DNA from: Octopus sinensis
Taxonomy: Eukaryota
Reading direction: 5' to 3'
DNA length: 64,000 nt
Assembly (NCBI RefSeq): GCF_006345805.1
Contig: NC_042997.1
Span: forward strand, 212,102,001-212,166,000
Part shown: in pieces, positions 23,491 through 37,870 of the stretch
How the letters are laid out: each line of letters starts with the position of its first letter
How positions within the stretch are numbered: the stretch's first letter is position 1
The notes under the pieces: model-generated
Database searches by the model: none
Told to the model about the DNA's origin: nothing
The model's input: the letters and a program-made list of their open reading frames with translations, nothing else
Translations under genes and position numbers: made by a program

Positions 23491-24453
23491 AAAACCAAAT
23501 ACGAGGTCCTAAATCCTAAAAGCATTTTATCAACTCTTATCCAACCCCGTGTACAGCCCCTGCACCATACCCCACAATTCAACCATTCCTCCTTGTGTTT
23601 CGTTCCTCCCTTCCTACTTCCATCTCTCATTCTGGTCTCCTCCCATTTCTTATCACCCCCTCCCCATTTAACTATCATTCCCAGGGCCTCGCTTGTCTGC
23701 CACCATACCAATTCACTATATCTACCATTCACATACCTCTACATCTATCTCCCCCCACCTGTCTTGTGCCTTGATCATCATCATCTCCTACCTCCTACTG
23801 CCTGAACTATCATCCCTGAGCCACTCCTACCTCTCTCTCTCTCTTTTCCTATCCTCCCACCCTTGTCCCAACTGATATTCCCCATCAAGCCACACCTCCA
23901 TTCCTCTTCACCACACTCACCTCTACCCCCATCACTTACTGTCCCCTCCTTATCTCCTGCTCAACAACTCCTGTCTTTTGAGGGGCCTTGCTCTGGCAAC
24001 CCCTACTTTCATCTTACCTTTTCTCCCAGATTCTCCATCCCATCCATATATAATGCAGGGTGGTCATGTATCTTCTCCAAAGCAACATATTTCAGCTTGG
24101 CCCTGGCATAAAATCTCCACTCCACCTTCTCAAATATCCCCCCCCCCCACCACTTAGTTAAGAGGGCTTTCCCCTTTTGCTCCTTTTCTTGTCCTTTCTG
24201 GTTACTTGGCAACCCCACTAGTGCTGGTGTTAAGAAGGGCAGCCAGCTCTAGAAACCGTGCCAAAGCCGACAGGGAGCACAATGCCGCTGTGTGGCTCGT
24301 CCAACCCATGCCAGCATGGAAAATGGTTGTACGATGATGATGATGATGGTGATTTCACTTAGGCCTCCTGATACTAATGACCAGTTGTTAGAACTCAATA
24401 TATTTATGGTGAAGAGTAAACCACAAGGTGAGTACAAGTGTCACATCAATTAA

Positions 24454-24662
24454 CCCTTTAGCATTCAAACTGGCTATATCTGTCACTTTTATTTTCGATA
24501 CTGGCCAGATCCAGCCTCTCACACCTACTCTACAATGTCATAGGAAAAGTAAACAATACCGTTATTGAAATCTCAAAGCTATGAGATAATGCAGGATCAA
24601 TTCAAGGCAATGTGAATGAATAAGGATTAGATTTGACAGAGCAATCCGAATGCTGTGAAGGG
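24454..24662. mobile_element. piggyBac-type MITE of a second family
   Basis: TTAA|CCCTTTAGCATTC...GAATGCTGTGAAGGG|TTAA. Confidence 0.65.
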
Positions 24663-24769
24663 TTAATGAATGACAAAAGAACAGAAGTTATGTAATCACT
24701 CATTTCATTTTGACTGTTTGAGTCAAGCACATCGACATCAAAATAAATATCAAATGGAAATTTTAATTG

Positions 24770-25082
24770 TGATACCTGTGCTGGTGGCACGTAAAAAGCA
24801 CCATCCGAACGTGGCCAATGCCAGCGCCGCCTTGACTGGCTTCTGTGCCGGTGGCACGTAAAAAGCACCAACCGCTGCCAGCCTCCCCTGGCACCTGTGC
24901 CGGTAGCACGTAAAAAGCACTCACTACACTCATGGAGTGGTTGGCGTTAGGAAGGGCATCCAGCTGTAGAAACACTGCCAGATCAGACTGGAGCCTGGTG
25001 TAGCCTCCTGGCTTCCCAGACCCCAGTCGAACCGTCCAACCCATGCTAGCATGGAAAACGGACGTTAAACGATGATGATGAT
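24770..25082 (+). mobile_element. SINE-like repeat family with (GAT)n tail. Other copies: ~49255-49510, 49590-49780, 52190-52380, 57110-57285 (+), 61765-62140 (-)
   Basis: Shared gtgctggtggcacgtaaaaagcacc subrepeats and ...ccaacccatgctagcatggaaaacggacgttaaacgatgatg tail. Confidence 0.75.
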
Positions 25083-27049
25083 GTTTCTGCTGCAAGAAAC
25101 ACGGCACTCACAGGTTGCTCATGCAACACCTTATACTCTCTTCAGAGCCACATCATCATCATTTAATGTCCATTCTCCCTGCTGTTATGGGTTGGATGCT
25201 TTGATAGGTGGTGGCAAGCCTCAATTGCCTGTTTTGGTACGGCTTCTATGGCTGGATGCCCTTCCTAACACTGACCACTTTACTAGAGGCTGTTTAAGTG
25301 GCTCCAGCTTAGGTGCTTTATACATGGCCCTAGCAATGATGCTTTTTACACATCACATATATGAGTGTGTGTGTATGTGCACAGTGTCTCCACATATGCT
25401 CAGTAGCTGACCACACAAAGCCCTGGAGCCATTCCAACTGATCCCACCTTTTTCCAAAATATTAAATTCAGTTTAATGTACACACACACACACACAGACT
25501 GTCATTGGCTGAAATCTATAGATTTATTCTCCAGAATATTGGAACATGGAAATAGTTCTTATCTTTATTGGGGTAGTTTTGGGGGTTGAAGCGAAAATGG
25601 AAGACTTCCCCCTTAATTCTAACAATAGTTTTGTTTGTTTTTTATCAAAGTTTCTCTGCATTGATTTTTCTCCTCTTGAAGTTGTTGAGTAAAACATTAA
25701 AATACGAAATAAATAAATCAAAGAACAAAAGGAATTTCCATTGGAGATATTTTCTCTCCTAAAACTGCTAATGATACCAAGCGGTGGCATCGTTTGTATT
25801 TCACACATTTTCAACATATATTTAGCTGCAGCAAACATTTAGATTAGTGATGGCAGCAACAAAAAAGCAAGTTTAGCCAATAGCAAAAGAAACACTTCCT
25901 TCTTATTGATTCAATATTTTTACCAAAATCTAATCTCATAAAAAAAACAAAAAAACAACCCTACATTAAAAAGAAGCCATTGTTTGTCAGAACATTCTCC
26001 AGATATTATTGTATATTGAATATTTTCAATATTAAGACTATTTGCTACCTGTATTGATAGCAAAGCAGTTGATGGGTGAAGGACTGGCCTGTTGTTTATG
26101 GAAAGGAAGCATCGAGTTCCCAATAAAAGCCGACGAAATTTGTTCAGTGAAGTTGTTTGACAAATCCAGTTCAGGTATTTCACAAAATATACATTCGAAT
26201 AAAATAGAATCGGTTCGATTTTAAGATATTATCACTTCTATTTTGATTTTATACACAACATAATACAATATTACTTGGATGAATATGCTTGAGAGTGCAT
26301 ATAAATATACACACATACAGTACATATATGCACACACACACACACACACACACACACCACACACACACATATATATAAAATAAAAAAATAATGATAATAA
26401 TTTAAGTGAGGAAAGGAGAAGTGAAATTGACATTACAATTATTTCTGTAAACGGACGATTTTTAAAATTTCCTATCTCAGGAGAGGCTGTGTAGTAAGTA
26501 GCTTGCTAACCAACCACATGGCATCTTGGGCAAGTGTCTTCTGCTATAGCCCCAGGCCGACCAAAGCCTTGTGAGTGGATTTGGTAGACGGAAACTGAAA
26601 GAAGCCTGTCGTATATATGTATATATATATATGTATGTATGTATGTATGTGTGTGGGTTTGTGAGTCTGTGTTTGTCCCCCTAGCATTGCTTGACAACCG
26701 ATGCTGGTGTGTTTACGTCCCCGTCACTCAGCGGTTCGGCAAAAAGAGACCGATAGAATAAGTACTGGGCTTACAAAGAATAAGTCCCGGGGTCGATTTG
26801 CTTGACTAAAGGTGGTGCTCCAGCATGGCCGCAGTCAAATGACTGAAACAAGTAAAAGAGAGTAAAAAGAGTATACAATGTTACGTAATACATTCCACAC
26901 ATAGAGAGGTATATCCTGCTATTCAAGTTCATTCACTTCGTCACACATCTTGATTTGGTTGATTGTGGTTTCAAAGCTTGCCAACCACTCCGAGAGGTTA
27001 GTGGGTGCTTTTTACATGCAACTAATACAAGGGCCAGTTAGGCAATACT

Positions 27050-29143
27050 GGCATCGACCATGCTTGAATGGTGCTTTTTATGTGCCACAAGCAAGGGAGC
27101 CAGCCAAGTGGTACTGGCATTGAACACACTCGAATGGCGCTTTTTACGTGCCACCAGCACGGGAGCCAGCCAAGTGGCACTGGCATTGAACATACTCGAA
27201 TGGTGCTTTTTACGTGCCACCAGCACGGGAGCCAGCCAAGTGGTACTGGCATTGAACACACTCGAATGGCGCGTTTTATGTGCCACCAGCACGGGAGCCA
27301 GCCAAGTGGCACTGGCATTGAACACACTCGAATGGCGCTTTTTACGTGCCACCAGCACAGGAGCCAGCCAAGTGGCACTGGCATTGAACACACTCGAATG
27401 GCGCTTTTTACGTGCCACCAGCACAGGAGCCAGCCAAGTGGCACTGGCATTGAACACACTCGAATGGCGCTTTTTACGTGCCACCAGCACAGGAGCCAGC
27501 CAAGTGGCACTGGCATTGAACACACTCGAATGGCGCTTTTTACGTGCCACCAGCACAGGAGCCAGCCAAGTGGCACTGGCATTGAACACACTCGAATGGC
27601 GTTTTTACGTGCCACCAGCACAGGAGCCAGCCAAGTGGCACTGGCATTGAACACACTCGAATGGCGCTTTTTACGTGCCACCAGCACAGGAGCCAGCCAA
27701 GTGGCACTGGCATTGAACACACTCGAATGGCGCTTTTTACGTGCCACCAGCACAGGAGCCAGCCAAGTGGCACTGCATTGAACACACTCGAATGGCGCTT
27801 TTTACGTGCCACCAGCACAGGAGCAGCCAAGTGGAACTGGCATTGAACACACTCGAATGGCGCTTTTTACGTGCCACCAGCACAGGAGCCAGCCAAGTGG
27901 CACTGGCATTGAACACACTCGAATGGTGCTTTTTACGTGCCACCAGCACGGGAGCCAGCCAAGTGGCACTGGCATTGAACACACTCGAATGGCGCTTTTT
28001 ACGTGCCACCAGCACAGGAGCCAGCCAAGTGGCACTGGCATTGAACACACTCGAATGGCGCTTTTTACGTGCCACCAGCACAGGAGCCAGCCAAGTGGCA
28101 CTGGCATTGAACACACTCGAATGGCGCTTTTTACGTGCCACCAGCACAGGAGCCAGCCAAGTGGCACTGGCATTGAACACACTCGAATGGCGCTTTTTAC
28201 GTGCCACCAGCACAGGAGCCAGCCAAGTGGCACTGGCATTGAAACACTCGAATGGCGCTTTTTACGTGCCACCAGCACAGGAGCCAGCCAAGTGGCACTG
28301 GCATTGAACACACTCGAATGGTGCTTTTTACGTGCCACCAGCACGGGAGCCAGCCAAGTGGCACTGGCATTGAACACACTCGAATGGCGCTTTTTACGTG
28401 CCACCAGCACAGGAGCCAGCCAAGTGGCACTGGCATTGAACACACTCGAATGGCGCTTTTTACGTGCCACCAGCACAGGAGCCAGCCAAGTGGCACTGGC
28501 ATTGAACACACTCGAATGGCGCTTTTTACGTGCCACCAGCACAGGAGCCAGCCAAGTGGCACTGGCATTGAACACACTCGAATGGCGCTTTTTACGTGCC
28601 ACCAGCACAGGAGCCAGCCAAGTGGCACTGGCATTGAACACACTCGAATGGCGCTTTTTACGTGCCACCAGCACAGGAGCCAGCCAAGTGGCACTGGCAT
28701 TGAACACACTCGAATGGCGCTTTTTACGTGCCACCAGCACAGGAGCCAGCCAAGTGGCACTGGCATTGAACACACTCGAATGGCGCTTTTTACGTGCCAC
28801 CAGCACAGGAGCCAGCCAAGTGGCACTGGCATTGAACATACTCGAATGGCGCTTTTTACGTGCCACCAGCACGGGAGCCAGCCAAGTGGTACTGGCATTG
28901 AACACACTCGAATGGCGCGTTTTATGTGCCACCAGCACGGGAGCCAGCCAAGTGGCACTGGCATTGAACACACTCGAATGGCGCTTTTTACGTGCCACCA
29001 GCACAGGAGCCAGCCAAGTGGCACTGGCATTGAACACACTCGAATGGCGCTTTTTACGTGCCACCAGCACGGGAGCCAGCCAAGTGGCACTGGCATTGAA
29101 CACACTCGAATGGCGCTTTTTACGTGCCACCAGCACAGGAGCC
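27050..29143. repeat. 66-bp minisatellite, ~32 copies, expanded inside a (GAT)n-tailed SINE
   Basis: Unit tggcattgaacacactcgaatggcgctttttacgtgccaccagcacaggagccagccaagtggcac (22-aa periodic ORFs). Its reverse complement matches the SINE subrepeat at 49255-49330, and the left flank 26975-27050 is SINE body. Confidence 0.95.
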
Positions 29144-31929
29144 AATCAGGCAGAACAGTGGATGACTTGGTATATTTTTCATTTCACTCAATGAAATCTT
29201 GAGTCATTTATACTGCAATGAGATTTAGCCTGGATACCTCCAAGTTATGGGGACCAATCTATCAGGGCTGACTTGGGGTCTAACACCACCACCACCATCT
29301 CCACTACTATCTACTACAACTACAACAAGAACAACAATCACCTCCATTTAAAAATACAGCTGTTAAACAATGAGAAAATATAAAGCATAAAATTTAAGTG
29401 AAACCAAATTAATTCATATTTGTGAGATTAAAAGCATCTTTTAGTTTTCTCCCAGTTCTAAAATTTGATAAAAGACAGCAGCAATTTGAAATAAATCTTA
29501 TTAAAAAAAAAACATTAAAAGCCTACTGGAAGAGGGCAGAAGTGAAAACGGTTAATTTTTGAAAATGATATAATTACAAGATGTGACATGAAGTGTGTTG
29601 AATCTATTTTAAAACTTTAGAGGATGGCATGTCAGTTGATTGTGGTGGGATAGCAGGACTGACTACGGGGGGGGGGGGGGGAGAGATTACAGTAATAACA
29701 TTGGGATGGGTGGGGAGAAAGAGAGAGAGAGAGAGAGAGCGAGTGTGTGTATGTGTTAATTGGTCTTTACCAATATTCACTTCTTCCCGAAAAACAGATA
29801 TAAAAATAGAGAATGGATACTAAATGTCTGCTTCTGCAATATGCCAAGAAAGACCCTCTACCCTATTCATCTCCAACCATGACTATCACTATTCAAATAG
29901 CAACTTTAATCAACAAATCATGGCACACAATGAATTCACTAAGAAGAAAAAAAAAGAAGTTTTTTCTCCCCATGAAATAAAATTTCATGGCTTTAAGAAA
30001 AAGAAAAAAAGTTCCATTTTCTTTGATAGAATTTGAGAAGAGGAGAAGGGAACATGGGGTGGGGCTGATAACTGAAGATAAAATTTTTGATTTTCTAAAA
30101 TTTATCTTCTAACTCTAAAATCCTGAACAAATGTAAAATTTGAAGATAATTAGGAAAACAAATAATGATTTTGACATGGATAATAAATGGCCATCCCTTT
30201 GAAAGAGGGGGGAATGGAAACTTAAACTGGCCTCAGTACAAGCCTACAAATTGTAAAAGTTATTTCTATCAATACTGGAAGGTAAAGGTCCCCTTAATAA
30301 GAATGATAACCAAAGCAATAATTATCCCCGTGGCATTTGGTGCAGTTGGCACAACAGTCAAACCCTAATCCTTAAAACTTGAAGGGAGCTGGAACTGAGT
30401 CTCCCATTATTTAAAATTTTGGTACAAGGCCTGCCATTTTTTAGGAGGAGGAGGGCTTAAGTTGATTACATCAAACCCAGTGATGAACTGGGGCTTATTT
30501 TAATGATCCTGAAAGAATGAAAGGGAAAATTGACCTTGGCAGAATGTGAACTGAGAATGTAAAAACGGAAAAAATGTCCAGAAGCATTTTGTCCTTTCTT
30601 CTGTAGACACAAGGTCTGCAATTAGTGGGAAGGGGGGAAAGTGCTTGACTGGGGCTTATTTTATCGCCCCCCAAAAGGATGAAAGGCAAAACTAGCTTTT
30701 GTGGAATTTGAACTCAGAACAAAAGGTGGAAGAAATGTTGCTAAGCAATTCACCTGACATGCTTTCGATTTTGCCAACATGCTGCCTTAGTGATGATGAT
30801 GATGATGATGATGCAGGAAGTCAGCTGCACGCACACCCAGTGTATGACAGGTACCTATCAAGTCCAGAGTGTAGCAAGCCTGTTTAGTGGAAGGAGACAT
30901 TACATTCATCCAATAATTAGTTATTGTTGTTTTTAATGCAAACTGAAATTGTTGTTGTTGAACTGAAGGTGAGTGTGTTCATGGAAAGCCATTCCAGCTA
31001 CGACCATTCCAACAACTAGCTGTTGTTTGGGCATAATGTCCTTATGACTTTATTAGCAGTGTACTAAGCAGTGTCGATAGAATAGTGGAGGTGTGAACAA
31101 TTATATTTAAGCCATTCATTTGCACTTAGATATGGAGAGACCTGAAACACACTGCACTGGGTTATGAATGATGTCGTTAGAGAATGGGACGGACACCAGT
31201 TTCTTCAGTATTGGAAACCAAACCCATTGTGAATTACTGTTTAAATATAGAAAAAAAAAATAGGTGTGCTTTGAGGGAGATGAGGCTGCTACTTTTAGCT
31301 AGCCAAGTGATTGTACAGAAATTCCCCCAGAAATCATACAGAATAGACCAAATTTTGGTCGATCAATTCAACTAGTTCCATCTGCAGCAGGATGAGTAGT
31401 GCTATGGCAGCAGATTAAGTCAGTCTATTCCTTAGATTATTGCCAAGAAATCTAAGAGGAAGACCATTAGCTGACAAGCAATGAGAAGCCAATCACCCAA
31501 AGAAGGGCATGTCCCTTCAAATGCAATGGATTCAGTGAAATTTCATTAAAAGTACAATAGCTCTTGCATCCAACTTTAGTTGGTGATTCACAGACACAGT
31601 TGGATAAAGTCTTCAATAATTCAAATTCAGGACTGAAGCAACTTGTTTCTCTTCTCTCATCTCATTCCTCAATATTCTTACATTCAGTCATGTAATCCTA
31701 GATGTACTGTTCCCTCCCCCCCCCACCAAAATAGATGTGATTAGTGTGACAGGAAGATCTTTGATGAAAAATCTAGAGGAAAGGAGAAGGAAGAGGAGGA
31801 CTGGCCTGAGGCTATACAACGATAGATAAGCTAAGGGACACATACACTCTGTGCTGTGTATAAGGGACATCATAAAGAAAATGTATGTGTGTGTAATATA
31901 TACATATATATATATATCATGTGATTGAC

Positions 31930-32170
31930 CAGACAATCAGATGTTGTTACACATCACTGGTCACAATGCACTTTGCATCGTTTTAGCCTTTGAATGACAC
32001 CATCCTGCTGGCTAGGTGAGCAGGCCAACATCCTCCCCTGATTAAAAGGGAGACTGGTGCAACATGAAGTGTTTTGATCCAGAACACAGTGCATCACACA
32101 CCAGGGAATCGAACCCACGATCTAGACATCATAGTGCAACTGCCTAACCACTAGGCCATGCGCCTTCACG
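31930..32170 (-). mobile_element. tRNA-headed SINE
   Basis: Minus strand begins gtgaaggcgcatggcctagtggttagg...gtgggttcgattccctgg (A- and B-box-like). Confidence 0.55.
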
Positions 32171-33353
32171 TATACATACAACACACACACACACACACAC
32201 AATGTGTGCTTGCATCTACAAGCAGAGCTTATTGATCTGTATTATACACACCAAGATGATGATATAAAAAAAAAACAGTATCAGAGTCATGACAAGCCTA
32301 TAAATTCTGCTCAGAGAAATTTTTTGCAACCTCATAATTTAGCATCTGTGAACTGGCAGCACTGTTCTAAATAGACTGACATTGATAAATGGATGTGGCA
32401 AGGTTTGGGGAAAGGAATAACAGAGAAGCTTAGGTAAAAAGAGAGATACAGGTTTATGAGATTTATTTGGCAACTAAATACACTTTTCTTTATAAAAATT
32501 CCTGTTTCTTTCTGTGAATCCGGCGAGTTAAACACCAGCTAAGAACTAAAATTCTGGCATTTGTTAGGAAAAAGCAATTCTCTCAAGACAAACACTTAAC
32601 GAGCGGAGAAGGTGAAAGTGTTTTAGTGTAGATGAACGCATTGCTACCGATGGTTAATTAAACATGACAGGAGAACGAGCGGAAGGACGAGACATGCAAT
32701 GCCGATACGGTTCACTTAACTCCAGATCTGATCAACATTTCACATGGAGATATCACAGACTATTTGCAGCTTGCAGGCATCAACGAACGCAACAAAATAT
32801 CTGAAAGATTACAGTGAAGATTATGACCAACAGCCCAACTGACCAAACGCTTCGTATGTGTGTGCATTGCTAAACAGAGAGTAAAAGAGCAAAGAAGTGA
32901 TTAGATGCCTGGTGACAGTTTAATGGTGAAGTAGTGAATGGTTCTCAGCAGAGGCAGCAGAGAAGAAAGACTAAGTCTACCATGGTTAAGACACACTGAC
33001 AACATAATAACCCCATCAACCACTTTTAGTCTCTCGCTAATGAACAAAGGGAACTTATTTTGGCCACACCAAAATAACACCCTTCTCTTAACACCTATTG
33101 ATCTTGGAGATTATAGAATGGTTTCAAGGAATTGTTTCAGTTCTTGAAACATTATCAATAATCTCGACTTTATTAGCGAGGCAGACGGTGGGAAGGTGGG
33201 TGGAGGGGAATTAGTAAAAGCTTTTTAATGAAAGACTAAAAATATTTTTGTGTAAGACAGGAAAAGAGGACATTTAAGAAATATGCATGTTGATCGTTTA
33301 ATTAGGATTTTACCATGTAGGGGGAGGAGGAGTATATACAGTTAGAGAGGAAG

Positions 33354-33402
<49 letters not shown>

Positions 33403-33439
33403 ACAACAACAACAGCAACAGCAACAACAACAACAACGA

Positions 33440-35170
33440 TAAATGCCTTGATGCAGTACCAGGCAGTGGCTCTCGTGGCTTCTGATCTTAACTGATTGGA
33501 AGTGTTATCATGTACATTGTTTTGTCTTGGTATAAAAGATGGGCTACAGCAAATATTCTGCTCAATACCACAGATTTGCTTGTCAGTTGTTTGACCGTAA
33601 CCAGTTGAGCATGTCCCTTGGTGGCTGACGATATGTGCATCTCTGATCACGAGCAGAAGTAGTGGGGGAGCATCGTAGCCATGTGTTGAGAGGGATTCTT
33701 TGGGGTTTGAATAATTCAACTCTGGAAACATGGGTGGTTCGTTCAACATCCTTAAACAACCCTTATTCAGGGACCTTTTGAACGGGATGGACTAGCTGAC
33801 CTGAAAAAAATTCTAACAGCCCCACCTGCGATGTCATGTGCTGTTATGTTGATATGAGATCACCATGTCGCACACATATGGTTGTGATGCATGTGCCTGG
33901 TGTACCCTTATCAGACGGGTAGTCATGATGGGTTAGGGTTATACTGGGCTTCATATATTTTACCCCAGCATCACTTTGATAGCATGCACTGCTCTCTCAC
34001 TCAGAACAAATATGTATGAATGACACTGTAAAAGGTATATCTGGGCCCTCAACATTACAACCCACATCCTACACAAGACACTATCAACTTAATAATACAA
34101 CTGAAATAAAACAATCCACAAATACAAGACACACTCTTTGCAGTAAATATTTGCTAAAGATTTTGCTTGGAATGGTAACAATTCTGCCAGCTTTATATAA
34201 TGATGATGATGATGATGATAATAATGGTTCCAAATTTTGCCACAAGAGCAGCAGTTTTGGGGGAGGGAATAAGTTGATTGCATCGACTCCAGTGTTTCAC
34301 TGGTACTTAGTTTATCAACCCCAAAACATGAAAGGCAAAGTCAACCTCAGCAGAATTTGAACTCAACATAGTGGCAGAGGAAATACCACTAGGCATTTCA
34401 CCTGGCGTGCTAACAATTCTGCCAGCTCAACACCTTGATAATAATAATAACAATAATAATAATAATAAGAAGAAGAATCTTTTCTACTATAGGCACAAGG
34501 CTTGACATCTTGGGGGAGGGGGACAGTCGATTACATTGACTCCAGTGTCTGGTACTTAATTTAATTGGCCCTGAAAGGATGAAAGGCAAAGTTGACCTCA
34601 GCAGAATTTGAACTCAGAATGTAAAGACGGACGAAATACTGCTCAGTATTTTACCCAGTGTGCTAACGATGCTGCCAGTCTGCTGCCGCAATAATAACAA
34701 TAATAATGATGATGAGCTATAGCAAATATTCTGCTCAATACCACAGATTTGCTTGTCAGTTGTTGGACCTTAACCAGTTGAGCATGTCCCTTAGTGGCTG
34801 ACGATATGTGCATCTCTGATCACGAGCAGAAGTAGTGGGGAAGCATCATAGCCATGTGTTGAGAGGGATTCTTTGGGGTTTGAATAGTTCACCTCTGGAA
34901 ACATGGGTGGTTCGTTCAACATCCTTAAACAACCCTTATTCAGGGACCTTTTGAGCGGGATGGGCTACTCAACCAGAAGAAAATTCTAACTGGGCCCCTC
35001 CTGCAAGGTCATGTGCTGTTTATCTTGATATGAGATCACCATGTCGCGCACATATGGTTGCGAGGCATGTGCCTGGTGTACCTTTATCAGACGGGTATTC
35101 ATGATGGGTATACTGGGCTTTGTATATTTTACCCCAGTGTCACTTTGATGGCATGAACTGCTCTCTCACT
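33440..35170. repeat. Two copies of one interspersed repeat (33440-34010 and 34710-35170) separated by SINE fragments
   Basis: The ~450-bp body from cagcaaatattctgctcaataccacagatttgc to cactgctctctcactca occurs twice. Confidence 0.75.
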
Positions 35171-35171
35171 C

Positions 35172-35202
<31 letters not shown>

Positions 35203-35224
35203 TACTAGCACAAAAGTGCAAAGA

Positions 35225-35690
35225 GGACCCTGTAGGCAAAATAGTGCATTGTCATGTTAGTCAAGTATGTGGTTTAAAAACAGCAGAAAAGTGGCACAAA
35301 CATGCAGCAGAGGCTGTGATAGAGAATACAAATAACGAAATGTTGTGGGACCTTGCTGACCAGACTGACCATACTAAAGAGACAGGATCTGACAAAATAA
35401 ACAAACTGTGCAAGAACACAGATTTTGCCGTTTCCTATGACAGCTGAGTTGATATCAAAGAAACTGAAAAAAATTGAGAAATATCTGGATTGGGCCAGAG
35501 AGCTGAAGGGATTGGCGAAGACCAAGACAAGAATTATTCCTGTGGTAGTAATTGGTGTACTTGGCACAGCATCCCAAATAACATCGAAGAGACTGAAAGA
35601 AATTGGAATTGAAGTTCACATCGTCGACCTGCAGAAAAATACCACTCAATATTTCATAAGATTCCTAAGAAAAATTCTTGAGATTTGAGG
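35225..35690 (+). mobile_element. R4/Dong-type non-LTR retrotransposon, restriction-like endonuclease fragment
   Basis: MLWDLADQTD and KYLDWARELKGL...IIPVVVIGVLGT motifs. Confidence 0.75.
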
Positions 35691-35989
35691 AAGTTTGTCA
35701 TTAAACCTCAAGATAAAATACCTGTTAACTAAATTAGCATACACTAGCATAATGATAATGCTAATCTTTTCTACTCTAGGAACAATACCTGGGGGGGGGG
35801 GATAGTCGATTACATCAACCTCAGTACTCAACTGGTATTTATTTTATCAACCTGGAAAGGATAAAAGACAAAGTTCACCTTGGCAGAATTTGAACACAGG
35901 TCATAAAGATGGACGAAATACTGCGAAGCATTTTGTTTGGCGTGCTAACAGTTCTGCCAACTCACCATAATAATAATAATAATAATAAT

Positions 35990-36600
35990 AATCTTTATGG
36001 CCATGTGGAACAAAATCCTGGTCTTGGTTAAAAAAGGGGCAATTAAAAAAAGAAACAGAGAGCCTAATTGTAGCAGCCCAAGATCAAGCAATAAAAACAA
36101 ACAACATGAGAAGAAAATATATATGGAGAGAATGTGTCAGAAAAATGTAGAGTCTGTGGAACTTGGAATGAGTCAGTGGCACACATTGTGATAGAACGCC
36201 CCAAGTTGGTACAGGAAGAATATAAGAAATGGAGGCACGATCAGGTTGTGAAAGTTTTACATTGTAAAATGTGCCAGAAACGGGGATTTGAAGCTGGAAA
36301 CAGGGTACAATCATTGAGTTGAAAGAATACTGGGGTCAGAGAAATGGAAGATTTTGTGGGATTTTACAATTCAAATGGACAAGAAATTAGAAAATAATAG
36401 ACCAGATATAACAACTGTAGATAAGGAAAAATGAAGTCGCTTACATATCGACCCATCATGCCCATTTGATTCCAGGATCATAAAGAAAGAGGATGAAAAA
36501 AACACACAATCCCTTAAAATTTGAAATAAGAAGAGTTTGGAGTATGAGAACAGTAAAGGTCATGCCTCTAATAATTGGTGTGTTGGGAACGGTGAGCATG
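35990..36600 (+). mobile_element. R4/Dong-type zinc knuckle plus RLE fragment
   Basis: CRVCG...ESVAHIV...EYKKWRHD, ILWDFTIQMD...NNRPDI, IDP.CPFD, VMPLIIGVLGT. Confidence 0.8.
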
Positions 36601-36639
36601 CCAGCATGGAAAGCGGATGTTTGATGATGATGATGATTA

Positions 36640-37255
36640 TGAATGAAAGCCTATGACAGGATTCCACACTCAATAAATTATAAGAAAGCCTATAATTCTA
36701 CATGATTGCACACTCAGAATAGATTATAAGACAGCCCATGACGTGATCCCACACTCATGGCTAAGTGGATGTTTGAATATATTCAGTAATTGCAGACAAC
36801 AAAAGAGAATTAATTAGCTTTAGCATGAAGGAATGGAAAGTAGATCTCTGCTCAGGTGACACACTCTTAGGAAAAGTTAATATCAAAAGAGGAATTTTCC
36901 AGAGGGAGTCGTTATCCCCTTTAATATTTTGTCTTATGTTTGATCCCTCCCCAGTTTAGTATTAAGGAAGGAAAGAGGCCAGGTATCAGTTCAGAAATAG
37001 TAAGGGAAAAATTAACCATTTGCTCTACATGGATGATCAGAAGCTTTTTAGTAAGAATGAAAAAGAGATAGATCCCTTAATACAGAATCTAAGATTCTTG
37101 AGCAAAGATACAGACATGGAATTTGGCATAGATAAGGGTGCAATATTAGTCATGATGAAAAGGGACAGGCAGTCAACAGTGAAGGCATCCAATTACCAGA
37201 TGCCCAGACATTAAAATCATTGAAGGGAGGAGAGGGTTATAAGTATCTAAGAGTA
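36640..37255 (+). mobile_element. R4/Dong-type reverse transcriptase fragment (degenerate)
   Basis: DY..AHDVIPHSWL, NIKRGIFQ..SLSPL, HLLYMDDQKLF, MEFGIDK. Confidence 0.8.
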
Positions 37256-37458
37256 TTATGTTTCTTTATTGGCCACACAGGGCTGAACACAGAGGGGACA
37301 AAATACAAAGTAGGTCGAATTCCGATCAAAAGGGATCATGGTGAAAAAAAGGAGGGGGGGCGATCACAGAAACGTCAATGTAAAAGTGAAAATGGATTAG
37401 GTTTATCCATGGAAAGAAAAGCCTAGGGAAAAGACCACGGGAACCTTGGGCAATAGTG

Positions 37459-37870
37459 TCATGCAAAAAAACACATTACAGTAAGTGGCTCTGTTTTTTC
37501 CTTTCTCCTTTTTTGAGTCCATAGAATTATGCTCAAGGTGGCTCTGTCATTCACACATGCCATCCTTGCTACATTCATCCATCTTATTTTGAAACAGTCA
37601 CTAGACAACACATCCCTCTCTACTCTCACCTTCCTCTTCAAGTAATACTCGAAGAAGTTGATGAGAGATTCACCAGAGAGGAAAGTGTTTGTCTCTAGAC
37701 ATTTCAGACACGTCCACCATACACATTCGTTTGCCATAGCCACAAGTACGATGAGAATGGCTCTTCCTTCTCGTTTCAAGGAAGGAGGCGCGACAATATT
37801 CACGATAGACTCGGTTGAAAAACTGACTTGTCTCACATGCGATAGCATTTGTTCGACATAGGCCCGCAGG
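37459..37870 (-). mobile_element. Tx1/L1-type LINE 3' fragment
   Basis: AYVEQMLSHV...IVAPPSL...MANECVWW...LKRKVRVER...RWMNVARM. Confidence 0.75.

Noticed and set aside
27050-29143. CRISPR-like array
   Set aside because: Units are contiguous with no unique spacers, there are no cas genes, and the context is eukaryotic.
27022-29202. Long ORFs of 183-462 aa on both strands
   Set aside because: A by-product of a stop-poor 66-bp repeat derived from a SINE; no unique coding flanks.
29150-33300. Possible host-gene exons in the least repetitive stretch
   Set aside because: No recognisable protein motif or convincing splice-bounded ORF.
33925-33945. Telomere-like gggttagggtta absent from the sister repeat copy
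   Set aside because: Only two units; simple slippage explains it.
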